DNA from: Octopus sinensis
Lineage: Eukaryota
NCBI RefSeq assembly: GCF_006345805.1
Contig: NC_043002.1
Coordinates: 12,152,001 to 12,216,000 of the forward strand
Length of the DNA: 64,000 nucleotides
Direction: 5' to 3'
Part shown: in pieces, positions 52,046 through 64,000 of the stretch
Layout of the letters: every line of letters begins with the position of its first letter
How positions within the stretch are numbered: position 1 is the stretch's first letter
Notes under the pieces: generated by a model
Told to the model about the DNA's origin: nothing
The model's database searches: none
Seen by the model: the letters and a program-made list of their open reading frames with translations, nothing else
Translations under genes and position numbers: made by a program

Positions 52046-52076
<31 letters not shown>

Positions 52077-52290
52077 GTACATGCATACATATATAGAAAA
52101 TAGTCAAATATTGGGCCATATAATACCAGGACAGAAAGAAAAATATTTTACCAATCACTTTTGCAATTCCGTGTGTGGAACCGATTCGCAAAATCTTTTG
52201 AGCTGGATCTCTAGTAATGTATGCGACACACACACATATCTACCTATCTATCTGACTATCTGTCTGTCTCTCCCTCTCTCTATGTCTACA

Positions 52291-52339
<49 letters not shown>

Positions 52340-52720
52340 AATCAAGGAACGGCCATAATAGGCCATTCACCCACTAGAAATAACAGCCAAAACTTCAACC
52401 GCAAAATAACATCAATTCCGTAAACCAGGAGAAAATTAAAAAACATTTACCCTGTAATTTCTTATACGATGCACCGTTTCATCTACTGTTTAATGGTAAA
52501 CTAGCCTGATTAAATTAAATCAACAAGCCAATCTTCCATAGGCCCTTAGAATCGTCAGTAAGAAATAGCCAAGTCGGAACAGATATTTTCACGAGGCATT
52601 TCTGTCCCTGCCTCGGCAATATCTGACCTAAAATTTTCAAATCATCGCACTCGCGCCAAATTTATCGGCAGCAAATAAATATAAGCCGCCGATTCCATTA
52701 CGGAATTAACCAGAAAATTC

Positions 52721-53087
52721 ATAATTAATCAATATAGGGTGGCAAAAAATTTTGTAGAATTTTTTTGCCACCAGCGGCCTAGTGGGAAAATTCAATAGTC
52801 ATAGACCATTTTTAAGTTCAACATCACAATCAAGGAACGGCCATAATAGGCCATTCACCCACTAGAAATAACAGCCAAAGCTTCAACCGCAAAATAACAT
52901 CAATTCCGTAAACCAGGAGAAAATTAAAAAACTGTTATTTCTAGTGGGTGAATGGCCTATTATGGCCGTTCCTTGATTGTGATGTTGAACTTAAAAATGG
53001 TCTATGACTATTTAATTTTTTCCCACTAGGCCGCTGGTGGCAAAAAAATTCTACAAAATTTTTTGCCACCCTATATTGATTAATTAT
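52721..53087. repeat. ~155-bp near-perfect inverted repeat; part of it is directly duplicated at 52338-52445
   Basis: Arms 52721-52874 and 52932-53087. Confidence 0.9.
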
Positions 53088-53129
53088 ATATATATATATA
53101 TATATATACAAAGAGAGAGAGAGAGAGCG

Positions 53130-53378
53130 CGGGGTGTTCAAAAAGTCTCTCTGCAGTAAGTATTTTATTGCAAAATAGATATTTATAAGATGGTATAAGA
53201 CTACAAAAGAATATACTAGACTTTACAAGACATTAAAACACATTATAAGAGGTGAAGAAAGTGTCGTCCTTCATTTTCAATTCATAAATTGATTCTTCTA
53301 CACGTGTTTTGATATACATCTTGGAGTGTCTGATGCGGTATGGACCTTCTCACTGCGGAGAGATTTTTGAATAGCCTG
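53130..53378 (-). mobile_element. Tc1/mariner-derived MITE retaining the transposase C-terminus
   Basis: TIRs CGGGGTGTTCAAAAAGTCTCTCTGCAGT / ACTGCGGAGAGATTTTTGAATAGCCTG; minus-strand IPHQTLQDVYQNTCRRINL*IENEGRHFLHLL*. Confidence 0.8.
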
Positions 53379-53447
53379 TGCACATATTTACACACACACA
53401 CACACACGCGCGCGCGCACACACACACACGCGCGCGCGCACACACAC

Positions 53448-53524
<77 letters not shown>

Positions 53525-53924
53525 CATACGTACGCACGTACATAAACACATCACGTACTTACATGCAAAAAATTATACTATGATCTTTTTACGCAAATTA
53601 TGCACAGAAACAAACGGAATACTGTACACAGTCAGACACCAATCGCATACATCAGTTATATAAGTTTATTCACACACTAATACAAGTGGAAAGTATATAG
53701 ATTCTCCTAAGCATACATGTATAAGAAGGTATACCAAAATGCAATCATAATGTAACACACATGGAATACGTAACACGCATATACCCACTCACCTTTTTTG
53801 TGCACATAAAGAGATGCACTTACTTGTACATACACAATTATGCTGGTGCATGCAAAAACTCTCTCACACCTGTTCATACGAGATGAACACACAGTAAATT
53901 ATATACGTAGATAAATGCGTATAT

Positions 53925-54420
53925 GCTGAAGGCGAGCCTAGAGAAGGCAACTCGCACCAATCTATTCAACAGCACGGTCTTGCCTGCAATGCTATATGCA
54001 TGTGAGACTTGGACCTTGACGAAGAGAGAGAGCAAAATCTGTTTACGGCGCAGAGAGCCATGGAAAAGTCGATGCTGGGAATCTCACTAAGAGATTACAT
54101 CCGGACGGAGGAGATCAGGTATAGAACTGGAGGGAAGGACGACGTCGTTGAATATCACCACACAAAGCTACCATGGGTTGGTCATGTTGCAAAGTTCACA
54201 GATAATTCGTGGACCCGTGCAGTTGTCAAGAAGTACCCGGGCGAGAGGAAGAGACCCCTCAGAAGAACTCCAATCAGGTGGGAAGATGATTTAAGAGAAA
54301 TGTTTGGAACAATGTGGAGGAGAGTGGCAAGTGCACGAGGGGAATGGACCGAATGGTGTGGCCAGCGGAGACGATTGAGTGTCAGACTACTCGGTACCAG
54401 GCAGGTGATGCAGGTGAAAT
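53925..54420 (+). mobile_element. 5'-truncated RTE-clade LINE fragment, a second family, with one frameshift
   Basis: NLFNSTVLPAMLYACETWTLTK / AQRAMEKSMLGISLRD.IR.EEIR..TG...WVGHVAK...KRP..R.P.RWEDD. Confidence 0.88.
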
Positions 54421-54693
54421 AGATATATATCTATATATCCAAAAAATGGACTAAGAACGCAACAGATGAGAATAAAGCATCCAGACAGATAGACGATACA
54501 AAGACGGACAGGCAAAAAGAAGGAGCGGTCATTCGCAGCTTTTTCATCATCCAGATCATCCTTATAGTTTTGGCCGGTTACACTCGAGACTGTTCAGATC
54601 TGGCTAACCCCCAAAATCTAAGCGAAGGTCATTAAATTTCGGGGGTGAAAGCAAGCGAATTTGTACGATAACAAAGACAAAAAACAGAGAAAT

Positions 54694-54875
54694 GCGAGGT
54701 CTTCATCAACAGGTAAGCCTAGATTAAACATATAAGTACGAGGCAAATCCCGCTAAAAAGAAATTGCGCTTGCTCGGTAGATTTGAAAAGTTATAATGTA
54801 TAAGCAAGAGGCACATACTGGATTACCTCGTACTTATATGTTTAATCTAGTCGTACCTGTTGATGAAGACTTCGC
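54694..54875. repeat. 50-bp inverted repeat
   Basis: Arms 54694-54743 and 54826-54875. Confidence 0.85.
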
Positions 54876-55118
54876 CTAGTAAATTATTTTAATTGCTAAA
54901 AATGTCAGAAACCATGGTCCAGGAAATAGATGGTAAAAGTTTGTATTTTTCATTCCCTTCAAGTTTTTATCCCTAATAGTGGTTTGGACTTTAGCTGTTC
55001 CTTCTAGCGTAAAAGGAATCCTATGACGGATACCTCTTATGAGTTTAAATATACACTGTATTTATATATATATATACAGAGAGAGAGAGAAAGAAAGAGG
55101 GGGGAGAGATAGATAGAT

Positions 55119-55182
<64 letters not shown>

Positions 55183-55463
55183 TTAGATAGATAGACAGAT
55201 GGACATATATATATACAAACATAAATACATACATATATACGCACATTCATACGACGGGTTGCATTCAGATTTCGTCTTACAATTCCACTCACAAGGACCT
55301 GGTCGGCCCAAGGCTACTTGCTCAAGGTGACACGCAGTGAATGTGAACCCAGAACCATGACGTTGAGAAGCACACTTCCTACCACACAGCCACACCTACG
55401 TACATACGTGTATATTTTATGTATGTATGTAACTGTATTAATAAAATAGATTGAATGAGTAAA

Positions 55464-55528
55464 AGATTTTATTGGGTACAACACGTTTCGACCCGTACTG
55501 GACCTCTTCGGGTACATCAATAAAATCT
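55464..55528 (-). ncRNA. Type-I hammerhead-like fold with a C4 core and extended stem I
   Basis: Minus strand: AGATTTTATTG-AT-GTAC-CCGAAGA-GGTCC-AGTAC-GGGTC-GAAA-CGTG-T-T-GTAC-C-CAATAAAATCT. Confidence 0.6.
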
Positions 55529-55669
55529 CTCACTCATTCCATTTTTTAAAATTAATACTGTTACCCCAACCGCCACTACTAAGTTCTGCAATAAACCTAT
55601 GTATAACAACAGGTAATCGAAACTGTGCCGGTGCTTTACTCATCATATATATATATATATATTTACTCT

Positions 55670-55890
55670 CTCTCTCTCTCTTTTACTCTTTTACTTGTTT
55701 CAGTCATTTGACTGCGGCCATGCTGGAGCACCGCCTTTAGTCGAGGAAATCGACCCCGGAACTTATTCTTTGTAAGCCCAGTACTTATTCTATCGGTCTC
55801 TTTTGCCGAACCGCTAGGTGACGGGGACGTAAACACACCAGCATCGGTTGTCAGGCGATGTTAGGGGGACAAACACAGACACACAAACAC

Positions 55891-55927
<37 letters not shown>

Positions 55928-56101
55928 CATATATATACGACAGGCTTCTTTCAGTTTCCGTCTACCAAATCCACTCACAAGGCATTGGTCGGCCCGGGGC
56001 TATAGCAGAAGACACTTGCCCAAGATGCCACGCAGTGGGACTGAACACGGAACCATGTGGCTGGTTAGCAAGCTACTTACCACACAGCCACTCCTGCGCC
56101 T
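55670..56101 (-). mobile_element. Full-length SINE family B
   Basis: Near-consensus head, core, microsatellite and tail. Confidence 0.92.
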
Positions 56102-56118
56102 ATATATATATATATATA

Positions 56119-56157
<39 letters not shown>

Positions 56158-56237
56158 ATATATATATATATTATCTATATATATATATATATATAATATA
56201 TTATATATATATATATATATAAATATATGTATATATA

Positions 56238-56284
<47 letters not shown>

Positions 56285-56324
56285 ATATACAAATTTATAT
56301 ATATATATCAATCTACCTACCTAT

Positions 56325-56530
56325 CTTGTGTGTACCGTTGGCGATTTTGTTTCCTCTGTCTTCCCTTCTCTGGATCTTTCCTTCTCCTATGTTTCCGACG
56401 AAGAGCTCCGCTCGAAACGTTAAACCCTCCTTCTTTTCTTCTTTCCTGAGCGTCCAATAATACTATACTTGTTCCATGTCCTCGCGTTGTTGTGTTTTTT
56501 TGTGCTTTCTTGTTTGGATTAACTTTATAT
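56325..56530 (+). mobile_element. Short (TA)n-embedded element with a C4 hammerhead fold (56391-56425); same family as 46165-46368
   Basis: Near-identical to 46165-46368; ribozyme motif identical. Confidence 0.8.
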
Positions 56531-56541
56531 ATATATGCATG

Positions 56542-56578
<37 letters not shown>

Positions 56579-57299
56579 TATATATCCACTGATACTATTA
56601 TAAGCAATAATATCCTTATGTATATGTTCCAGCACACAAACAAACACATATATACCCATTTATACTGGCAGAAACACATACATAATCGTAGCGACAGACA
56701 AGCAACACAAGATAAAGACAGGTAGATACTTGGACAGCTACACACCCGCACACATGCACAGACATACATCTATATACACCTCCATACAGAAGCGTACACA
56801 CGGGACCACAGCGAACAAACTAGGAAAACAGGTGCGCAGAGATAGTCGCACTTGTGCACTCACTCACTTACACGCACCCACTCACTTACACGGACATAGA
56901 CACACACACACACAAAGACACACACATAAACACAAACACATTTTATACAGGCTTGCCCACACGGAGCCATCAAATAAGCCGATCATTCCAACTAACGCAT
57001 AGACAGAACTACACACACACACATACACACACATATACAAACACACATATACATTTCTATAGGTAGGAGCACAAAAAAAAACCAATAATGATACTGGACA
57101 AAAATTACACGGGCGGAAGCACACACACGCATCTATTCACACATATATACACACACATAAATACACATACATATGCAGAGGCTTACACACACATACTTTA
57201 TACAGATACTCACACAAAATTGTACATAGTAGAAATATACACACACAAGCACACACACACACACAAACGTACATATTGAACCGTAAAGAACAAACAGGC

Positions 57300-57830
57300 A
57301 AATGAACATACACACACACTCTAACAGACACACACGCTCAGACAGACACACACAGGCACTCACATTCACAGATACATATACATTTCTACACACACACGCA
57401 CTCACACTAACATATACATATACATATCTACACACACACACACACGCTCAGACACACACACACACACACGCACTCACAGATACATATACATTTTTACACA
57501 CGCACACACACACGCGCTCAGACACACACACACACACACACACGCACTCACAGATACATATACATTTCTACACACGCACACACACACACGCTCAGACAGA
57601 CACACACACACACACGCACTCACACTCACAGATACATATACATTTCTACACACACATACACACACACGTTCAGACAGACACACACACGCACTCACACTCA
57701 CAGATACATATACATTTCTACACACGCACACACACTCAGACACACACACACACACACACTCACACTCACAGATACATATACATTTCTACACACACACGCA
57801 CACATACACACACGCTCAAAGTTTCACAGA
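57300..57830. repeat. CA-rich higher-order minisatellite (~60-70 bp unit, about 7 copies)
   Basis: Recurring CACTCACAGATACATATACATTTCTACACAC...GCTCAGACA unit. Confidence 0.8.
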
Positions 57831-58223
57831 CAACAAACAGACAAACAAAACGATAGCGTCACCAACGCCAACGCCAACACGTACGTATACATAGGCTTAG
57901 ACACACATACACACACGAACACCTGCTACACACACACACAAATACACAGAAGTATCTGCAGATGTTATCTTGCAAAGAACTGGCGGACACAATGGTTGTC
58001 ACCAAAGGACATTATTTGGCGGACTGATTACAGAGATTAGTTGGAAATATGACTGCCAGATAATTCTTCCTGATTTCCCACGATGTTGCGAAGATCTGTT
58101 TAATGAATAAATATTGTCACCTTATTTACTCAGATCTGTTTGTGGACTTTTCGCTCACTTTATTTACCATTATCTCTCTTCGGTTTCTTGGAGGTTCTAC
58201 CTCCATATGTGTATATGTATATG

Positions 58224-58273
<50 letters not shown>

Positions 58274-58279
58274 TGTGTG

Positions 58280-58319
<40 letters not shown>

Positions 58320-58473
58320 TATATATATATATATATATACATACACACATATATATATTGTGTGTTTATATATATATGTATATATTATATATATGTATAT
58401 ATATATTATATATATATATATAATTATCTTTTTATATATATATTTATATACGTACATCTATGTATGTATGTGT

Positions 58474-58522
<49 letters not shown>

Positions 58523-58554
58523 ATATACGTACATCTATGTATGTATGTGTATAC

Positions 58555-58629
<75 letters not shown>

Positions 58630-59880
58630 GTGTGTATGTATGTGTGTGTGTAAGTATGAGTGTGTGTTTGTGTGTGTGTGTATTCTTTATTTAATATAGT
58701 GACTCGTTTATGGTTTGGTTACGTCAGCATTTTTCTTGTACAAAATCGTTTCTCATCGATATTAGCGATGATGAAGCTGTATCTGCTTGCTGCTGTTGAT
58801 TATGATGATGATGATGATGGTGATGGCGATTATGAAGCTGCTGCTGCTGCTGATGATGATAACATTAATAACGATGATAATGACGAACGACTTTGTTGAC
58901 TATCATGATGACGTCAACGACGGCGACGATAATGATGATGATGATGATGATTGTAGACTTGGGAATTCATTTGATGACAATTATTAATTCCATTGCAAAT
59001 CAATAGAAATTACATTTCTTTTTATTTTTCCACTGTTTTTAATCTTTATGATTTTTATATTTTTATGGTTGGAAGTATTTCTAATTTAAAATATTTGTCT
59101 TGATAATCTCTTCTCTCCACCCACAACAAATGTGTGTATGGCTCGTGTATATGCATGTGTGTAAGTATAAATGTGTGTGTGACGCACACGTAATCTACGT
59201 AATGATACCCCACCCCGTTTTCTTATGGAGTTAGTAGCAATACACTGCTTGGTATTTATTTACTTTCTCTCGAGGCGAAGATAATCTTCACAAATCCAAA
59301 ATTGACCTCGTATGGTATTTAACATACCACTCTCCCTCCCTGTCTGTTGTCTAAATTTAAGCCCCTAATCGATATGATTTCTTACACCAGGGATGAGCCA
59401 ATTGATAACTATTGATCTTTCGGTGTCTATCTGGCTATCGAAGGTATCAATAAACAGCTTAAATGATATTGAGCATTAAGGATGCTGAAGTATTAGTGGA
59501 CTGAATCTGGAAGATCATGGTAATTTCAAGTTAAAACTCATTAAATTCCATCCAAATATCGATGCCATATGTGGTATTAACTAAACACATATTTCAAATT
59601 GATATTCCGACTATATCGATATAATGTCTGAATTTTCTTTTATTTGTTTATTTGTTTCAGTCATTTGAGGGCGGTCATGCTGGAGCGCCGCCTTTAATCG
59701 AGCAAATCGACCCCAAGAATTATTCTTTGTAATCCTAGCACTTATTCCATCGGTCAATTTTACCAAACCGCTAAGTGACGGAGACGGAAACTCACCAGCA
59801 TCGGTTGTCAAGGGATGGTGGGGAGACAAACACAAGCAGAAACACAAACACACATATAGAAACACATACACCACACACAC

Positions 59881-59966
<86 letters not shown>

Positions 59967-60017
59967 AAAAAAGTCAATGTAGAAAATTCTAACATAATTT
60001 TATAAAAACCATTTCAT

Positions 60018-60060
60018 AAAAATATGGAAAGCTTCACGAATTTGCGTGTCATCCTTGCAC
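60018..60060 (-). pseudogene. U6 snRNA 3'-half fragment, antisense arm (repeated at 60362-60404)
   Basis: Reverse complement GTGCAAGGATGACACGCAAATTCGTGAAGCTTTCCATATTTTT differs from canonical U6 at 2 positions. Confidence 0.92.
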
Positions 60061-60062
60061 AT

Positions 60063-60168
60063 GTACTAGCTACGGTGGTACATATTCTAGAATTGGAACG
60101 TTAGAGAGAAGATTAGCATGGTCCCTGCGCAAGGTTGACACGCAAATTCGTGACGTTTTCCACATTTT
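60063..60168 (+). pseudogene. RNU6: Full-length divergent U6 snRNA copy
   Basis: GTACTAGCTACGGTGGTACATATTCTAGAATTGGAACGTTAGAGAGAAGATTAGCATGGTCCCTGCGCAAGGTTGACACGCAAATTCGTGA...CATTTT (106 nt); ACAGAGA box changed to AGAGAGA; no upstream PSE/TATA. Confidence 0.92.
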
Positions 60169-60406
60169 ATTTAAAATTATTTTAGATTTCCTACCTTGAC
60201 TTTTTCCATACATATCAACTCGTGTGTTCCGTTGAGCCTTCTAAACACACACACACACATACACACACACACACACACATATTATATATATATATATTAT
60301 ATATATATTGAAAAAAGTCAATGTAGAAAATTCTAACATAATTTTATAAAAACCATTTCATAAAAATATGGAAAGCTTCACGAATTTGCGTGTCATCCTT
60401 GCACAT

Positions 60407-60512
60407 GTACTAGCTACGGTGGTACATATTCTAGAATTGGAACGTTAGAGAGAAGATTAGCATGGTCCCTGCGCAAGGTTGACACGCAAATTCGTGACGT
60501 TTTCCACATTTT
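60407..60512 (+). pseudogene. RNU6: Second, identical U6 copy in the tandem duplicate (offset 344 bp)
   Basis: Identical to 60063-60168. Confidence 0.9.
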
Positions 60513-61089
60513 ATTTAAAATTATTTTAGATTTCCTACCTTGACTTTTTTCCATACATATCAACTCGTGTGTTCCGTTTGAGCCTTCTAAACACACACAC
60601 ACAGATACATATATATACGATGGGATTTTCTCAGTTTCCGTCTACCAAATCCACCCACAAGGCTTTGGTCGGCCCGAGGCTATAGTAAAAGACATTCGCC
60701 CAAGGTGCCACGCAGTAGGACGGAACCTGGAACCATGTGGTTGGAAAGCAAGGTACTTACCACACAGCCACTCCTGGTATCATGTACATATGAATGCATG
60801 TATGTTTGACATTGTTCAGTTTTTTTTCAAGATTTCTTGTCGACGAGGAAAGAGCTGGTTTCTAACCTCGATCCAAGCCTCCTTCACTGGAACAGGATAT
60901 TTTGCATGTGCTTGCGTATATGTGCAGTATTTCGAGCCACTGCAAGTGCATAATTAATAATTGTGCATTTTGTTTTAGGTACGTATTCTCATGCATATAT
61001 TTGCATGTCTAGACATACGCATATATACTTAAATGATAAACTTCTGGAAAGTTTTACAGACCTTTACAGTTCCAGTGATGGTTTGGATC

Positions 61090-61500
61090 TACCCGCATGT
61101 AAAACTGGATCCCCAATTTCATTTGGCAGATTGGAGATATTTTTGTGAAGATTGTTATTCAGTGGCTGGCACTTATATGACTAGTAGAGTTTCTTCAAAA
61201 TTTGATTATATTTGACATGCTGAGGAGGAGTGAGATTGGATGATTGGGTGTATAATTAGAGAATGTTCTATCTTGTGATGAAGACACACTGTAGATCGTC
61301 TCCAAAACGGGGGTATACTACTATGGAGAGGAAAAGATTGGTGAATGCAGATGAAAACTGCTGTGCAGTGTCTGACCATTTAGGAAGGCATATTGTCAAG
61401 GGCTTGTTAGTCTAATTTTCAAGGATATATTTAGTTTTTGATTTTTCTGCTATACTAGTTGTATTCCTCTAGATCTTCCCGCCAAAGATGTTTTGACCTT
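61090..61500 (-). mobile_element. Very old CR1/L2-like LINE RT remnant
   Basis: Degenerate IFP...PVF...NYT..PISLLLSMSNIIKF on the minus strand. Confidence 0.45.
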
Positions 61501-62149
61501 TATCCTCATACGTCAGCGATCACGTATTGATTTCTTTGCTGTGGCCAAATACTTGACCGTTAGATTTTCAGGTCAGTACACACATATTAATATTTTTTTA
61601 ATGTTTTTCTTGCTTGCATGGTGATTTTGGTATTGTCAGACAATATCAGGCTTCCATGATAGTTCTATTTTCGTGAAAAATTTTATGGGACATAAAAATA
61701 TTATCCCACAGTATTTTTTTCATGTAACTCTGTTTTGCGATGTATGCTTTAATTCGTTGCTACAGCTTCTTGATCTAAATGCATTTTGAAACTAAAACAG
61801 TGCCTTATTAGTATGTAGATTGCAACAGTTGGAGTACTGAAGTTTGCAACTTTACAGTCACGATTACAGATGAAACTGGATATTACTAACTTGTTCTCAG
61901 GTATAAATGCAGGTGTTATTGATAAGAAGGCTTTTAGTAGTTTTGATGCCTTTGTTATATATCTTTAAATAGCGTGAAATTTCTGAAGTGTTCACGGTAG
62001 ATGTGGATTTGAAACAATACTTTTTCTTTCTGAGGACTTTATAAACCCATTATTCCGCACAGTATTTTTTACAGATACATCTCGTTATAATTTCACTGTT
62101 AAAAAAGAAATATGTGATGCTGGAGGTTTTCATAATTTATCTTAAATTT

Positions 62150-62520
62150 GTTTGCTTGCTTTGGTCATTATCCTACGTGTTTTTAGTCAAATAAATCGAC
62201 CCCATGACTTATTTTTAAGCCTAGTACTAATTTTCTATCGTCCCTTTTGCTCAACTACTAAGTTACGGGGACGTAAACAAAACAACAGCGGTTCTTACGC
62301 GGTGGTGAGGGACAAACACACAAAGATACACAGACTGAAACTGAAAGAAGCCCGTCATATATATGTAAGACGGGTTTCTTTCAGTTTCCGTTTACCATAT
62401 CCTCTCAGAAGGATTTTGTTGCCTCGAAATTATAGAAGACACTAAACCCAATGCGCAAAGGCGTAAAACTGAACATGAAAACGTGCTTGAGAAGGAAGCT
62501 TCTGACCACACAGACACGCC
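62150..62520 (-). mobile_element. Degenerate SINE family B
   Basis: Recognisable tail, TTTCTTTCAGTTTCCGT core end and head remnant. Confidence 0.65.
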
Positions 62521-62870
62521 TGCACCTATGTATATGATACGTATTAATGTATATATAATATTGCCCATTGTTCTGTCGAGGTTTATATGCCCTGACATCC
62601 TAACATCAGTCTATTTTTTATAGTCAATATGCAGTGAAAATTTATAATTATCTATGTACCTCCCTCTATCTCTCTATCTACCTATGTATCTCCCTCTCTA
62701 TCTATCTCTATTTATCTATCTCTCTATGTATCTCTCTCTATCTATCATCTATCTATCTATACATATATATATATATAATAATGAAGGGTGAAATTAATTA
62801 ATTTGGAATAATTATCAATTACACCAAGTAGTCTTCGGCATGTAAAAGCCTCATTCGAGGAAAATTTAAG

Positions 62871-63033
62871 TAATACTAAGCAATAAAGGGTTTAGCAACG
62901 AATTGCCTTACCACATACCGAATTTAGAAATAGCAGTCAAAGAGAGAAGAAATAGCTATAACTCTTTGACTGCTATTTCTAAATTCGGTATGTGGTAAGG
63001 CAATTCGTTGCTAAACCCTTTATTGCTTAGTAT

Positions 63034-63035
<2 letters not shown>
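62871..63035. repeat. Perfect 74-bp inverted repeat with a 17-nt spacer
   Basis: Arms 62871-62944 and 62962-63035, no mismatch seen. Confidence 0.95.
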
Positions 63036-63094
<59 letters not shown>

Positions 63095-63096
<2 letters not shown>

Positions 63097-63546
63097 GCAC
63101 ATACATACATACATATATATATATGTATATATACATACAGGCTCACACATACACGTATGTATGTACATATGTCCATGTGTGCATATCACTATATGTATTT
63201 ACATATGCCTGATGGTTGGCGGATGTCTGCCATGTATGTAAATAGTTCTCGTGAAATAAAATATGTAGCTAGTTACATTATCTTGCTGGCGTGGGATCTT
63301 GCAGTATTGGTCTACACTTCGACAGAATGGCTACCCCTAAAAGATTAGAAGATGATCATAAATTATTATTATATCGTGAAACAAAGATAAAAACTCACTG
63401 GTCAATATTTTATCTATAGTTCCGATAAGGTTGCAGCGAGGTGGGGGTAAGGCCACTTAATCTTGGTTGTCTGTGCTTATAATAAACATCGTAGCCATAT
63501 GTGGGACAAGTTAGACAGCGAGCGAGATATAGCTAATGATAGAAGG

Positions 63547-63611
<65 letters not shown>

Positions 63612-64000
63612 CGCACATACATACATACATATATATATATGTATTATACATACAGGCTCACACATACACGTATGTATGTACATATGTCCATGTGTGCATA
63701 TCACTATATGTATTTACATATGCCTGATGGTTGGCGGATGTCTGCCATGTATGTAAATAGTTCTCGTGAAATAAAATATGTAGCTAGTTACATTATCTTG
63801 CTGGCGTGGGATCTTGCAGTATTGGTCTACACTTCGACAGAATGGCTACCCCTAAAAGATTAGAAGATGATCATAAATTATTATTATATCGTGAAACAAA
63901 GATAAAAACTCACTGGTCAATATTTTATCTATAGTTCCGATAAGGTTGCAGCGAGGTGGGGGGTAAGGCCACTTAATCTTGGTTTGTCTGTGCTTATAAT
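63095..64000. repeat. Near-identical ~390-bp direct duplication (63095-63483 vs 63612-64000)
   Basis: Differences are essentially homopolymer-length changes; possible assembly artefact. Confidence 0.85.

Larger units (their letters stand above)
59635..60776 (-). mobile_element. Family-B SINE (tail 59635-59860, head 60615-60776) split in its microsatellite by the U6 cassettes
   Basis: Both halves are on the minus strand in the correct order. Confidence 0.7.

Noticed and set aside
57955-58110. GC-richer ~150-bp island with several open frames
   Set aside because: No recognisable protein; splice signals are weak or ambiguous.
60063-60168. Functional U6 gene or U6atac
   Set aside because: The ACAGAGA box and the internal stem-loop are mutated, the upstream sequence is the antisense arm rather than a PSE/TATA, and the sequence is major U6, not U6atac.

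Overview
AT-rich, microsatellite-saturated eukaryotic DNA. The SINE families and repeat load point to a coleoid cephalopod, probably Octopus (inference from recalled repeat families, not a database hit). I found no host protein-coding exon I can support, so the window looks intergenic or deeply intronic. Every ORF with recognisable homology is a transposon fragment: RTE x2, CR1/L2-like x2, Tx1, Penelope-like RT+GIY-YIG, one full-length dead mariner, and several Tc1/mariner derivatives. At least five tRNA-headed SINE families are present, often nested or multimeric, along with MITEs and Helitron-like elements, and there is a 100-N gap at 15162-15261. Two things stand out. First, about ten short (TA)n-associated elements carry minimal type-I hammerhead ribozyme folds with palindromic stem III, including a canonical core (19508-19594), a compensated G3:C8 core capping an ~89-bp hairpin (36158-36372), and a recurrent C4 (CCGAnGA) core in four unrelated families. 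Second, a U6 snRNA fold-back cassette (antisense 3' half plus full-length sense copy, both with the same 3' flank) sits inside the microsatellite of a SINE (59965-60600). Coordinates were counted by eye and may be off by a few bases for degenerate elements.
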